Below, one piece after another: positions 1-11,500 of a stretch of 31,913 nt of DNA (positions are counted from its first letter, which is position 1; each line of letters begins with the position of its first letter). Source of the DNA: a virus. Its lineage: Duplodnaviria > Caudoviricetes. Both the position numbers and the translations under genes were made by a program. The notes under the pieces were generated by a model. The model was not told where the DNA came from. It saw only the letters and a list, made by a program, of their open reading frames with translations, and ran no database searches. The DNA is taken from the IMG/VR virus record IMGVR_UViG_3300017912_002029, positions 1-31,913 of that record; one strand, written 5' to 3'.

Positions 1-1707
1 ATTGTAGTCTTCAAAAGCTTTTCTTACTTTAGGAATCTCACCTGCTACACCAGTAGGTCCTTGTGGAAACAATTGCGCTAAAAGACCAACCATTGGAATA
101 TTTTCTAAAAATGTATTAGGAACATTAGGATCTAATCTTCTAGCTTGTTCTTTTATAAATTTTTCAGATATTCTTTCTAATTCTGTGTCGGTAGGAATAT
201 AGTTAGATGGCATTGTTTTCCCAATATTTAATTCATCTCCCCACGGTCTACCTGTGCCAACACCAAAAGTATCATCTGCTCCTCCATATCTACGTATTCC
301 AATTGCAACATTTCTAACAATTTCTTTATTTTCTTGTTTTAAAATATCTTGTTCAGCTATTTCTTTCTCTAAACCCGAAAGGTTTCCTAAAAGAGCATCA
401 ACATTTAAAGCATTTGGATCAGTTTCTTTTGTAGTCAAAAAATTATTAAGTTGCTGATCAAGATCAATTTGATTTAAAGGATCTGAATAACCTGCAGCAT
501 CTCCATAACTTAGATTAAACTCAGGAGTAACCATACCTCTATCAGTCATTTCAGCCAATAAACTTTCTGAATAGTCACCCATTTGTTCAAATAAGTCATC
601 CATATTTTGCAAGCCTTCAACCGCTTGAACAGCTGCTGATGTTAATTGATAACCTTGTTGTGTAGATTGAATTAATCCAAGTTTTTGAAAATCTTTCATA
701 ACTATTTCTAAACTTTTGTATTCATCTGAATCTTTAGAATATTCACGTGCAGTTGTTTGAAAATTAATAAGCTCTTCTTTTGCATTTGCACTTAATTTAG
801 CAAAAGAATATATTGGAGATTTAGCATCTTCCATTGATGCGTTTCTAACAGTACTTGCTAATAACCTTGCAACATAACCATTTTTATCTAAACCATAATC
901 TTCACCTTTTACAATACTTTCAATTCCTTCTTGATAACTTTCAAAAGCATCATCATTATCACTTTTAGCATATATTAAAAGATTTGATACAGGTACCTTA
1001 GAATCAATTAAAGACATTATATCATTTTCAATGTTATTTAACGCTTTAATTCCTAAAGATTCAGCCATAGCAAATTGACCATTAGCAGTATTTAATCTAG
1101 AATTGTACAAATTGTTTTCAGTTTCCATATATTTTAAAGCACTTACTTGGTCCATATTGCCTGCAAGAAATCCTTGTTTAAATATATCTAAATCTTTACC
1201 TTCAAGACGATCTTCAAATTTTTCCATAGCAAATATTTGGTCAAACTCTTCACCACTAAACTGAACTGTTCCAACTGTTCCAGGTTTGCTTGGTACTAAG
1301 TTTGAAAATTCTGAAAATTCTCCTGATTGAGCCATTTTTTGACCAGATATAAAATCTGCATACATACTTTTTAATTCAATATTTTTTTCTCTAACACCAT
1401 CTAAAGCAGTGTTTAACATTTCAAGAGAACCAATATCGCCAGTAGCATTTTCTACTATAGTTGAATACGCAGAAGACCTATATTGTTCTCCTAAGTTTAC
1501 TCCTTGATCTAATAAAAAATCAGTGTATTTTGATTGTGCAGCAAGTTCATCTTGCAATGCTAAAGTTAAAAACTTTTCTTCTTTTGCGCTTTCTAATTCT
1601 TTTTCACGTATTAATGTTTCAAAGCCAGCTCCAATTATTTGATCTAATGAACGTTGAGCTGCCTGTAATCCTAAATCTGCTTTATATCTTCTTTTTGGTT
1701 CTGCCAT
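1..1707 (-). CDS. Large virion-associated protein, probably internal/ejection; runs off the left edge (>=569 aa)
   Basis: Not in the ORF track. ATG at 1707 with AAGGA RBS; starts MAEPKRRYKADLGLQAAQRSLDQIIGAGFETLIREKELE. No stops in the parts I translated (1-480 and 1501-1707); the middle was not checked codon by codon. Function inferred from position after the fibre and pilot-like genes. Confidence 0.7.
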   Translation of the reverse strand, partial: MAEPKRRYKADLGLQAAQRSLDQIIGAGFETLIREKELESAKEEKFLTLALQDELAAQSKYTDFLLDQGVNLGEQYRSSAYSTIVENATGDIGSLEMLNTALDGVREKNIELKSMYADFISGQKMAQSGEFSEFSNLVPSKPGTVGTVQFSGEEFDQIFAMEKFEDRLEGKDLDIFKQGFLAGNMDQVSALKYMETENNLYNSRLNTANGQFAMAESLGIKALNNIENDIMSLIDSKVPVSNLLIYAKSDNDDAFESYQEGIESIVKGEDYGLDKNGYVARLLASTVRNASMEDAKSPIYSFAKLSANAKEELINFQTTAREYSKDSDEYKSLEIVMKDFQKLGLIQSTQQGYQLTSAAVQAVEGLQNMDDLFEQMGDYSESLLAEMTDRGMVTPEFNLSYGDAAGYSDPLNQIDLDQQLNNFLTTKETDPNALNVDALLGNLSGLEKEIAEQDILKQENKEIVRNVAIGIRRYGGADDTFGVGTGRPWGDELNIGKTMPSNYIPTDTELERISEKFIKEQARRLDPNVPNTFLENIPMVGLLAQLFPQGPTGVAGEIPKVRKAFEDYN

Positions 1708-1721
1708 TTTAATCCTTTAAT

Positions 1722-2360
1722 TTAACACCCATTTAATCCCCATTGGATTTCATATTCACTACACTCTTCAGTTTCAGTTATAATTGGGACACATTGAAAT
1801 GCATCACCAACAAATTGCATTTGATATCCTGGAGGACATGTACCTTCTTCATGTAACATGTAATCACTTACATTTTCTGTTATACTTTCATCATCATCCC
1901 AAGTATCAATATCAGTTTCTGTTTCTGTTTCAAATTCATAGTCACCAATAGGTTTATCTAAAACTCCTAGCCTAATTAAATCTTGATACCTATCAACAAC
2001 CTCATCTTTATAATCTTTTCTTATTCCAGCTATAGATGTTAACTCACTAGCGTTTTTACTATTTAATATACTAGAAATTTTAGAAAAATAATTGTTTATA
2101 TTTTGTTCTAAATTAGCTGAAGTTAGACCACCTTGTTTTTGAAAACTTGAAGTAATATCTTTAACTCCAGTTAAGTTTTGATTTAATATATCTCTTTTAA
2201 CTAAATCTGAAGTTTTAGTAATCATACCTTCTTCAAAAGGATCGTAAGCTTTAAAAAAATCTTTAGTATTATACAAAAAATTGCTAGGATCAAAAGGTAT
2301 GTCTGTATCTTCTAAATAAGTTTCTGGAAAATATCCTTCTAGTATTTCATATAAATTCAT
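1722..2360 (-). CDS. Acidic hypothetical virion protein with Cys-containing C-terminus
   Basis: 212-aa ORF coupled to the upstream gene by a TAATG overlap; very D/E-rich; C-terminal CPPGY-x10-C...C...C. Confidence 0.7.
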   Translation of the reverse strand: MNLYEILEGYFPETYLEDTDIPFDPSNFLYNTKDFFKAYDPFEEGMITKTSDLVKRDILNQNLTGVKDITSSFQKQGGLTSANLEQNINNYFSKISSILNSKNASELTSIAGIRKDYKDEVVDRYQDLIRLGVLDKPIGDYEFETETETDIDTWDDDESITENVSDYMLHEEGTCPPGYQMQFVGDAFQCVPIITETEECSEYEIQWGLNGC

Positions 2361-3001
2361 TAAACGCCTCCAAGCTGTTCATCTAAAGTTGTCATAACTA
2401 TATCCCAAAAGCTTGCTCCCACATCACTAAAAAATCCTCTTCTTTTACTTTGAAAGTCACCTGCTAAAGTTTGAGCTTGAGTAGAATAGCTATCTAAATT
2501 TCCTGTAATACCAGAACCAAACGTTAAACCAGCTTGTCCAAACTTTCTTTTTTGACTTTCAGACTCACTAATAGAATCTAAAGTTAAATCTTTTAAATCC
2601 GCTTGATATTGTCTACGCATTCTATTTAAAGTAGGCTTAAAATAAGTAGCGTCATCACCAGCACCAATTGTTTGTAACTGATCATATAAAAAATCAAAAT
2701 TTATATCAACACCAAAATCATCTAAATCTGTACCTAAACCACTTGTTAACATACCGCTTAAAAATTGATCTAAAGCAAACTCATCACCTGTTTCTAAAAA
2801 TTCATCATATGCTTGAGAAAACATAAGCCCTGTATTATAATCTGAAAATGTTATGTCAGGGTTAAAATCAGGAGAGTCTGGGTTATCCTGTACTGGCTGA
2901 TCAAATGGGTTTACATACTCATCGTCACCTTCAGATATTAAGTTACCCTCTTCATCTTCTTCTAAATTAAATTCATCTGGAAATCCAAAATCATCAGGCA
3001 T
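2360..3001 (-). CDS. Acidic putative internal virion/ejection protein
   Basis: 213-aa ORF with GGAGG RBS; acidic N-terminus then a Gln/Gly-rich helical segment (KFGQAGLTFGSG); position typical of podovirus ejection genes (inference). Confidence 0.65.
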   Translation of the reverse strand: MPDDFGFPDEFNLEEDEEGNLISEGDDEYVNPFDQPVQDNPDSPDFNPDITFSDYNTGLMFSQAYDEFLETGDEFALDQFLSGMLTSGLGTDLDDFGVDINFDFLYDQLQTIGAGDDATYFKPTLNRMRRQYQADLKDLTLDSISESESQKRKFGQAGLTFGSGITGNLDSYSTQAQTLAGDFQSKRRGFFSDVGASFWDIVMTTLDEQLGGV

Positions 3002-3010
3002 AATATCCTC

Positions 3011-3469
3011 CTAAACTTTAAAGGTCTCTGCAATTTTATCCCAGCTATCATCTTTACCAGGAAGTTTGCTGTAATTCATTGCTACACTAAATAAATCGCC
3101 TACAGTATCTTGATACATTGCTATATCTTCTGCTGCATCAGCATATAATACATCATCTTTAAAAGAGTCCATAGCTAAAGGGTCAAACAATCCACCTGCT
3201 AACCTTGGATCGTCTAAATCGCTTGGATCAAATTCTTGTGGAGCAGCATAAGCTAAATTGCTACCTAAGTTATAACCCATATAAGCTCCTTTAAATCCAC
3301 CAAGACTAAAACCTAAAGCACCTCCAATAAAACTACCAACTAAACCATAAAGATCTCTATCTCTAGCATCTTCATCCATCATGTCGTATATTTCTTGCAT
3401 AGCCTGATCTTCGCTTAATTTTTCTTTTCTCATTTCAAGCATTAATTTTGTATTGGCTGCGTTGCTCAT
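3011..3469 (-). CDS. Putative DNA pilot/ejection protein
   Basis: 152 aa; Gly-rich hydrophobic stretch GLVGSFIGGALGFSLGGFKGAYMGYNLG like small podovirus ejection proteins; AAGGAG RBS. Confidence 0.6.
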   Translation of the reverse strand: MSNAANTKLMLEMRKEKLSEDQAMQEIYDMMDEDARDRDLYGLVGSFIGGALGFSLGGFKGAYMGYNLGSNLAYAAPQEFDPSDLDDPRLAGGLFDPLAMDSFKDDVLYADAAEDIAMYQDTVGDLFSVAMNYSKLPGKDDSWDKIAETFKV

Positions 3470-3493
3470 TTTCTAACTCCTTTTTACCAACCT

Positions 3494-3522
3494 AATTTAT
3501 TAAATGGTTTTTTAAAAAACAA
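3494..3522 (-). promoter_or_regulatory. Sigma70-like promoter for the ejection-protein cluster
   Basis: Minus strand TTGTTT-N17-TAAATT in the intergenic gap; shares TAACTATTGTTTT with the site at 26911-26940. Confidence 0.5.
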
Positions 3523-3544
3523 TAGTTAATTTCATAATTATTTT

Positions 3545-6500
3545 CTATCTTGTTATGAACTTTAATGTTATGTTACCTCTCATAGTTTGACTTGCACCAG
3601 CATTAGCATGACTAACAGTTGGAACAATAATATCTCCTGCTGTTAAATCTACATCATATGTGGCGCTACCAGAATATGCTCTTCTACTTGTTGTGATAGT
3701 TATAGTTGTAGCAGTACCTGCTAATGCTAAAGTTGTATCACTTGTTGTATCTAAATTAGGTGTGCCATGGTATATAGATAAAGTAACACTTGTAGCAGAA
3801 CTAAAGTTAGTAACTACTGCACTCATTGCTTTTAATGTACAATCTTCTGGCACAACATATTGTCCAGGTACATCTAAATAACTAAACCCTGTTGGATCTG
3901 TATCATAATCATCCCATAATGCAAAACTATTTACACCATCATCTACATCTCTATAATAATATCTACCTGCTACACCACTAGAAACTATAAAAGGAAATCT
4001 TTCCCATACTACTGCGCCTGCTATTATACCATTATCACCTTCAACAGATAAATCTTTTATAACATGTACATCGCCACCATAATCTTGTCTGTCAATTTTT
4101 AATAGCTGAGTAATATTATCTCTTATTTCAAAAAACCCTGCACTTGCTGCTGTACCACCTGCAATTTGTAAATTCCAAGCAGCATTATCATTAAGAAGAG
4201 CAAATGTTCCTGTTCTTGTTGCTCCTCCACCAGTTCCTGTTGCTTGAGCAGTTACTGTAGTATTTGATGCATCTGAAGCTAAAATATTACCTGCTACTTG
4301 CAATGGTGAAGTAGGACTTGAAGTACCTATTCCTACATTACCACTAGAACCTTCTACAAACATATCATCATTTATATTTATATCTACATCGCCACCATCA
4401 CCTAATTTTACATAGTCTTGTGAACCATCTTCATATAAATCTAATAAAACCTCACCACCTGCCGACATTCTAATTCTATCAGTAGTAAATTGTAAATATG
4501 TATTACCATCTCCATTATGATTTATTAAATGGTCTACACCTATATCTCCTGCTACATCTAGTTCATAATTAGGACTTGTAGTACCTATACCTACTCTTGC
4601 ATTTGACATATCAAAATTTAACACATCTGTATTATCACTTCTTCTAAATCTTATATCATTAGCAGTATCACTTGTTTTAAAATAGAATATTTCGCCACTT
4701 TGACCCATTTGTAACATATCTGTTCCACTATCATCACTAAATGATGCTTGTGGAAATGATGTTTTATAAAAACGTACTTGGTCTTGAAATCTTGCAGTAT
4801 TAGCCACATCTAAACCATAACTAGGACTTGTAGTACCTATACCTACATTGCCTGTATCGCCTTCTACCACCAAAGTATTAGTATTAATTGCAAAATCATT
4901 ACCTGAACTTGTTCCTGTAGTTACAGCAATAGAACCTGAACTTTTTAATCCTTTAGCAAGAGTAAGATTATCACTTAATGTTTCATCAATAGTTGGTAAA
5001 CTTGTTTCAAAAGTTATTGTCCAATCACCTTTATAATCATCTATGTCTGAAGCATAACCTACTTGAACATTTCTAACTGTTACCTGCATATAATTCCAAG
5101 ATGTAGTTGTTTCGCCAATTAATACACAATGGTTACTTGAATCGTGTCCAAATCTTACTGTATAATTATTTTGTTCTAAATTTCCAAATATTTGTGCCGA
5201 TACATTATGCCACTCATTAGAGCCTACATCTTGATATACATAACCTGCTATATATGTAGTAAATGCTTGATTAGTTCCATAGTCAAATACATCTACCCAA
5301 AAACTTATCATATCTGCAGGATTAGAGCCTGTACCACGAGGAACTGTAATTTTAATTGCTCCTGTATGAGTGTTGCTTGATGTTCTATACATACCACCTG
5401 CAGGTTGAATAATACTACCACCATTACCTATAGCGCTATTTTCTATAAATATTCCACCTTCACCACGAAGCATTAAATCACCTGATAAATCTACTTGTCC
5501 ATCACCATCTATTGCTAAACGAGATGTGTTATCAAGTTTAATATCTAATGTATCATCGCCTATTGTAATTTGATTATAAGAAGTATCATTATAATCTCTA
5601 CGAAGCACTAAATCTTCATCATAAGATGATACATATCCACCATCTACTGCAATATTATTACTAAAATAAAATTGACTTCTATCAGTTCTTATGTGTGCCC
5701 AACTTGAACTTTCTGCACCTATTCTAACATGTCCATAATTTGAAAATATTTTTAAAACATTTGCTTCCTCTCCAAGTCTAACTGTACCATCTGCTCCAGG
5801 GTCTGAAGGTGCTCCTGTTAATTCTATATAACCACCAGGAGTTACATCTCCACCTACAGTTAAATCATTACCTATTGATATATCTTGACTTGAATCTTCT
5901 ACTAATATTTTATTCCAAGTAGCAAAAGAAGTATTAACAGTAGTTGCACCTAAATACGCTTTCCAAGGTTCATTATAAACAAACGCTAATCCACCCCAGC
6001 CACCACCAGAGTCTCTATTTGCAACTTTGTGAAAATAAAAGTATTTACTATCTAAAGGCATACCTTCATCTGTGCCTAAACTTTGATGCATCATAGCGTG
6101 ATACCCAACAGGTAAATCAGCATATTCTTGTTCTGTATTTGTAGCACTATCTAATCCTGTACTGCCTGTTGCACCTATATTAGTTGCCTCTATACTAGTT
6201 AATACTGCATCTCTTGCAGCTATATCTACACCATCTACTGTTCCTGTTACTGCTATATTACCACTTACATCTAATGCTTCAGCAGGACTTGTAGTACCAA
6301 TACCTACATTACCTGCATTTATAAAATTATCTGTTCCATCTGTATATAATGCTATTTTTTCAACACCACCATCGTACATATGAAACCTACCACCATCAGT
6401 AGATTTTTCTGCTATCTTTACAATAGCATTAGTATTACCATTTGCTTGTACTGTAAATGCACTATTGCCTGAACTTGAACTATTAGATTTTATTGTTAGT

Positions 6501-8512
6501 GGACTTGTAGGACTTGTAGTTCCTATACCTACTCTATTGTTAGTAGAATCAACGTGTAATGTATCTGTGTCTACTGTTAAATCTCCATCTACTGTTAAAT
6601 CCCCCAAAAATCTAGCATTACCTGATGTGTTTATTTCAAATCTATTAGCAGTTCCAGTTTCATCTCTTATAATAAACTTATCTGAATTACCACCATCTAC
6701 TCTTATATCCCAATTTTGAGCATCATTTTCAAGCCTTACATATGCTACACCATTAGTATTAGCACTTTGTATTCTTGCTCTTGCATTACCACTATTCTTT
6801 TTAATATGAAATTCAGCACCAGAATTGTTTACATCTCCAACACTAAGATTACCATCTATATTAGTATTGCCTGTTACTGCTAAAGCAGAACCAAGTGTTG
6901 TATCACCTGTAACATTAGCAGTACCTGTTACTTTTAATTTATAACCACCTGCACTTGTACTACCTATTGCTACATTGTTACTACTATTATTAAAATAAGT
7001 ATCAGATGAACCTGCTGATACAAGTTTAACATTAACGCCATTAGATGTTCCAGCATATAACTGAAAAAACTGGTCTATATCGGAACCTTTTAATCTTGCA
7101 ATAGGTTGGTATTGATTAGAATCAGGGTTTGTATCATCACTATTTCTTGCCCATTCGTGCTGCACACCCCATCTTGCTGTCCAATAAGTAGTTCTATTAG
7201 TACCAGGAGTACCATCATCTACAATAATATTCATTCCATTATTACCTGTAGAGCCTAATCTTAAAACATTTTGCCAACCAGAACCTGATGGAACATAAGC
7301 ACCATTTCCTGGATGAACAGCATCACTTGCAGTTATTTGTAGGTGTCCTGTCATATCTCCACCTGCTAATGGTAGTTTTGTTGCTAAACTATTAGTAACT
7401 GTAGTAGCAAAGTTAGCATCATCACCAAGTGCAGCAGCAAGTTCGTTAAGTGTATCTAGTGCAGCAGGTGCAGAATCTACTAGAGCATCTATTTTAACTT
7501 GTGCTAAAGCATTTACCTCGCTGTCAAAGTCTGTAACTTGATTATGAGTTATTTCTATATTATTAGCATGTATATTTGTAGCACCTTGGTCAACAGTCCA
7601 GTCTATTATTTCATCTGCTGCTATACCAAGATCAGATAAAACTTCAGAACCTGTTCTATATTTTACAGTTCCACTATCACTAACTAAGAATTTATCTGTA
7701 TCTGTTGTAGCATTAGCAATATAGTTTACAACAAGTTCATTTGGTATATCATTTGTTCTACCAATAGCACTTACAAGCATTCCTTGTATTTGTCCTGCTG
7801 GTGTATTTGCTTTAATTACAATACCTACATTTTGTATTAAACAATCTGGTGCAGTAGGTTTAGTAAGTGTTAAACCAGCTGTATCTGAAACATATACTAT
7901 ATCACCTTCAGTTACACCTGAAAATCCACTAAGGTTTTTATTATATACGCCTGATGCAACAGCATAGTTATCCTTAGTACCTGTAGTATTCATTTCTTCA
8001 TAAGCAATACCAATACAAGGCATTTTAGCCGAATCATTAGCATCGCATATACCAACTAATATTCTTTCACTACCACCTATTTCACCTTTACTATATAGTG
8101 GAGCTCCTGCAGGTATAGTACTACCTTCATCATTTCTAACCTGTATTCTTGTTTGTTCAGTAGGAGCTAAATGATCATTAAAGGTTATTTGAATTAAATC
8201 ATTATTATCATTAACAAAATATATATCACCATTAATAACTTGTACATCTAATAAGTCTTTTAATTTATTAACTAAAGCTGAAGCTGGAGTTTTTTCATTA
8301 CCCTTTAAATTTTGGTTTGAGTTTAAAGAAATATTATACCATTTATTTTTATACTTTATAAATAACTTTATTCCACTAGATAAATTAGATATATGAATTG
8401 ATCCATCATTACCTTCTTTTTTAGATGGAACATTATTACTAGTTGTTACTCTAGGCTGTTTGCTGTTATTAAGTATATTATATATTTCATTTGCAGTTTT
8501 ATTATTTAACAT
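3545..8512 (-). CDS. Long tail fibre / receptor-binding protein (~1655 aa)
   Basis: Likely start ATG 8512 (GAGGA RBS) rather than 8542. Contains the fibre motif DSAPAALDTLNELAAALGDDANFATTV, five (N/R)VGIGT(T/S)SP repeats and Gly/Thr/Asn/Asp-rich beta-type sequence. Confidence 0.85.
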   Translation of the reverse strand: MLNNKTANEIYNILNNSKQPRVTTSNNVPSKKEGNDGSIHISNLSSGIKLFIKYKNKWYNISLNSNQNLKGNEKTPASALVNKLKDLLDVQVINGDIYFVNDNNDLIQITFNDHLAPTEQTRIQVRNDEGSTIPAGAPLYSKGEIGGSERILVGICDANDSAKMPCIGIAYEEMNTTGTKDNYAVASGVYNKNLSGFSGVTEGDIVYVSDTAGLTLTKPTAPDCLIQNVGIVIKANTPAGQIQGMLVSAIGRTNDIPNELVVNYIANATTDTDKFLVSDSGTVKYRTGSEVLSDLGIAADEIIDWTVDQGATNIHANNIEITHNQVTDFDSEVNALAQVKIDALVDSAPAALDTLNELAAALGDDANFATTVTNSLATKLPLAGGDMTGHLQITASDAVHPGNGAYVPSGSGWQNVLRLGSTGNNGMNIIVDDGTPGTNRTTYWTARWGVQHEWARNSDDTNPDSNQYQPIARLKGSDIDQFFQLYAGTSNGVNVKLVSAGSSDTYFNNSSNNVAIGSTSAGGYKLKVTGTANVTGDTTLGSALAVTGNTNIDGNLSVGDVNNSGAEFHIKKNSGNARARIQSANTNGVAYVRLENDAQNWDIRVDGGNSDKFIIRDETGTANRFEINTSGNARFLGDLTVDGDLTVDTDTLHVDSTNNRVGIGTTSPTSPLTIKSNSSSSGNSAFTVQANGNTNAIVKIAEKSTDGGRFHMYDGGVEKIALYTDGTDNFINAGNVGIGTTSPAEALDVSGNIAVTGTVDGVDIAARDAVLTSIEATNIGATGSTGLDSATNTEQEYADLPVGYHAMMHQSLGTDEGMPLDSKYFYFHKVANRDSGGGWGGLAFVYNEPWKAYLGATTVNTSFATWNKILVEDSSQDISIGNDLTVGGDVTPGGYIELTGAPSDPGADGTVRLGEEANVLKIFSNYGHVRIGAESSSWAHIRTDRSQFYFSNNIAVDGGYVSSYDEDLVLRRDYNDTSYNQITIGDDTLDIKLDNTSRLAIDGDGQVDLSGDLMLRGEGGIFIENSAIGNGGSIIQPAGGMYRTSSNTHTGAIKITVPRGTGSNPADMISFWVDVFDYGTNQAFTTYIAGYVYQDVGSNEWHNVSAQIFGNLEQNNYTVRFGHDSSNHCVLIGETTTSWNYMQVTVRNVQVGYASDIDDYKGDWTITFETSLPTIDETLSDNLTLAKGLKSSGSIAVTTGTSSGNDFAINTNTLVVEGDTGNVGIGTTSPSYGLDVANTARFQDQVRFYKTSFPQASFSDDSGTDMLQMGQSGEIFYFKTSDTANDIRFRRSDNTDVLNFDMSNARVGIGTTSPNYELDVAGDIGVDHLINHNGDGNTYLQFTTDRIRMSAGGEVLLDLYEDGSQDYVKLGDGGDVDININDDMFVEGSSGNVGIGTSSPTSPLQVAGNILASDASNTTVTAQATGTGGGATRTGTFALLNDNAAWNLQIAGGTAASAGFFEIRDNITQLLKIDRQDYGGDVHVIKDLSVEGDNGIIAGAVVWERFPFIVSSGVAGRYYYRDVDDGVNSFALWDDYDTDPTGFSYLDVPGQYVVPEDCTLKAMSAVVTNFSSATSVTLSIYHGTPNLDTTSDTTLALAGTATTITITTSRRAYSGSATYDVDLTAGDIIVPTVSHANAGASQTMRGNITLKFITR
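4313..6532 (-). repeat. Dispersed coding repeats (VGIGTTSP units) in the fibre gene
   Basis: Copies at about 4313, 4571, 4823, 6284 and 6509; those at 4571 and 4823 are identical over 24 nt (aggacttgtagtacctatacctac). Confidence 0.85.
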
Positions 8513-11500
8513 TCTTTCCTCTATATACAATATTAATATCATTAATAGAAAAATTACTAGGAACTTCTAAAAAACTATAACTTTCTGCAGTCATATCAGA
8601 AGAAGGATCGTTTATAAGAGAAACAGTTTCAATATCAAAATGTTTTAAATTAAATCCAGAAGGACAAATTCCAACTTGAATTGATAGTGCATTTTTTAGA
8701 TAATTCTCAGGATCATCAAATTGAATTTCTGCAACTTTAGATGAAAATGGATTAGATATATCAGAGCCAAAATCAACTAAAAAACCTCCAGATTGAAAGA
8801 AACTTTCTATTTCACCAGGGTTTAAATTAGAATCAACAGTAATATCTGATATTTCAGGATTTTGTATAATTCCATAATTTTTGCATTTTGAAGTATCTGG
8901 AAATAATAACTTTACACCTTTTTTAGTAGTTACAATAACAAATACTCTTGCATTAGCTATAGAACTTGCTATGTATGTAATGTATAATTTATAAATTCGT
9001 TTATTTCTTGATGCTTCTCCAAAATCTATATCTTTAGTTAAAACAAAAAAGTTACCAGAAGATTGAGGATTTCTATTTAAAAGTTGCATATTACTTTCTG
9101 GTATATAAGCATAATGATCTTCATTAGTCACAACAACTTTAGGAGTATTAGATAATGGATTACTACTTCTTAAATCATAATATAATCTAGAAAAATTAGG
9201 TATATTACCTCCTTGAGATTGAATAACTTGCCCATCTCCAAAGGCTGAAGATAATTCTAAATGAGTTCCTAAATTAGCTTTAACCCTATAATTTCCATCA
9301 AAATAATTGTTTTTATTTAATAAATGCCCATCAGTAATATTTCTTCTTTCTTTTTCAAATACAGTATTCCAATTTAAATCAGTTAAATTACCAACATTAT
9401 TTAAAAAATTAATAACAGTAGTGTCATCATCAATTGTTGATGCTGTATTTCTTATTTCATTAATTATTGCGCTAGTAACATCAATTCCTGTAGCATCATT
9501 ATATATCTTTAAATTTTCTTTATGTATACCTACACCTACATCTGTTCTTTTAGTTAATTTAAATGAATATGGATAATTTACTCCTTCTTGAATAATAACA
9601 TCATCATCTTCTTCAGTATCAGGAGTTCTTTCTTCTGTAGGTATTTCATCAATTATAAAAGGAGCTTCTGGTCTAACTTGTGTAACTTGCCAATAACCTT
9701 CTAATCCTTCTATTCTATATGTAGTATTATCAAAATTAAAATACAATACATTTTCATTAATTTTTAATATATCATTTATATCTATATGTGGAGCAGAATT
9801 GCCTGCTACAGAATCTGTAAATAAAGATATATTAGTATTAATACTAGTATCAAAAAAAGTAAATTTCTTAAAATTTAAACCATTGTCATTAATATAACTG
9901 CTAGTTAACCCTGTATTTTTAACATTTAATATTCTACCTACAGGAAATGCAGAGCTACTAAAAGTAAATGACTCACCATTTATATCTGTAGGTGATGTGC
10001 TAGATGTTCCTAAATAATGTTTACTACCATTATCATAATCATCTTTATAAAAATATAACCCATTTACATTAGATCCATCTATTTCACTATTAAATACAGA
10101 AAATACTAAATTGCCATTTTCATCATTTGCAAAATTTGAAAATTTACCAGTTACAGGAAATGATTCTTTTAATTTACACCAAGCTTGATTATCTATATGA
10201 TAACTTAATATATAGTTCTCTGGAGAATGTATATACACTGTTCTTTCTACAATATCATATCCTACTATAGGTTTTGATATAGCATCTGCAAAAAGTGATT
10301 TAATAATTTTAGAATCTAATTTGTATTGAGATACATCTTGAACAGTTTCACCATTAAATATATAAGCTCCTAATTCATTTATCCAAAATACTTCTTTATC
10401 AGTTTTAACAACATGATATGGTTTTTCTACACCTTTAAATTTATATGTTCCAGCAACTACAGGAGCAATCTGATCAGTATTTACATTTAATATATATAAC
10501 ACATCTTTTTTATATTGTAATAAATAACTACCTAAAGATTCTAAATGTACTATTTCATCACCATCATTTATTGCTACATCTAAATAATTTTCAGGATTTA
10601 ATATATCATATTGACGTGCAGGAGATACTATAATTCTATCACCATATTTAGTTCCTCTAGTTAAATCTTCAAATGAAGCATCTTGAACTTCTGATTTAGT
10701 TTCATCCCAATTTACAGGATAACATACATTACCAACATATCTTACTCCATTTATTTCTGTTGAACATTTATACAAAACATTTGTTATATCTCCACCTTCA
10801 TAAGTTGTACCTGAAGGAGGACTGTTAAATAACCATGCATTACCAGAATTTCTAACTGTAGATAAATCTATTCTATGTGAGTTATTTATATTAACTTCTG
10901 TATCATCACTTTTAGAAGAAACTCTATAATGTGATTTTAGTACATTAGATGCATTACCATAATTAACAGGACACCAAGGCATGTAAGATCCACCATCTCT
11001 TTTAATACCATTATTTTCATCAAAAGATGCTGTAAGTAACACAAATTTTTGATTATCATTATCTTCACTAGAAGAGTAATATATTTTACACCCTGTTACT
11101 CTTGGATTTATATATAATTCTTTATTTCTTTCTGTTTCTGTTGTTGTACTTTCAGTATTTGTTAAATAATCAGTTGTTGTTCTTTGCCCTGCATCATCAT
11201 TCATTCCTGTCCATTTAATAGATAAATTGCAATATAATTTAGCTTTTTTAGCAAGTATATTAGAATTAAGTGGAGTTATATCAACAAGAGAAGATTCTTG
11301 AAAATCAGAGTCTGTATCTCCATCATATAACAATGAAGCATAAAATCTATATTTAAATCCATCTAACCATGCTAACTCATCTTGATCAGTTTGTTCAACA
11401 AATTCATACATAAATTGTATGCCATCAAATTCTTGAGACCAGTTATTTATTCCATCTGTTGCAAGACCCCAACCATATGTTGAATCTGAAGCATTAGTTT

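Noticed and set aside
4313-6532. Repeats in the fibre gene as a CRISPR array or DGR template/variable repeat pair
   Set aside because: Irregular spacing of hundreds of bases, in frame and protein-coding; no cas or reverse transcriptase gene in the window.
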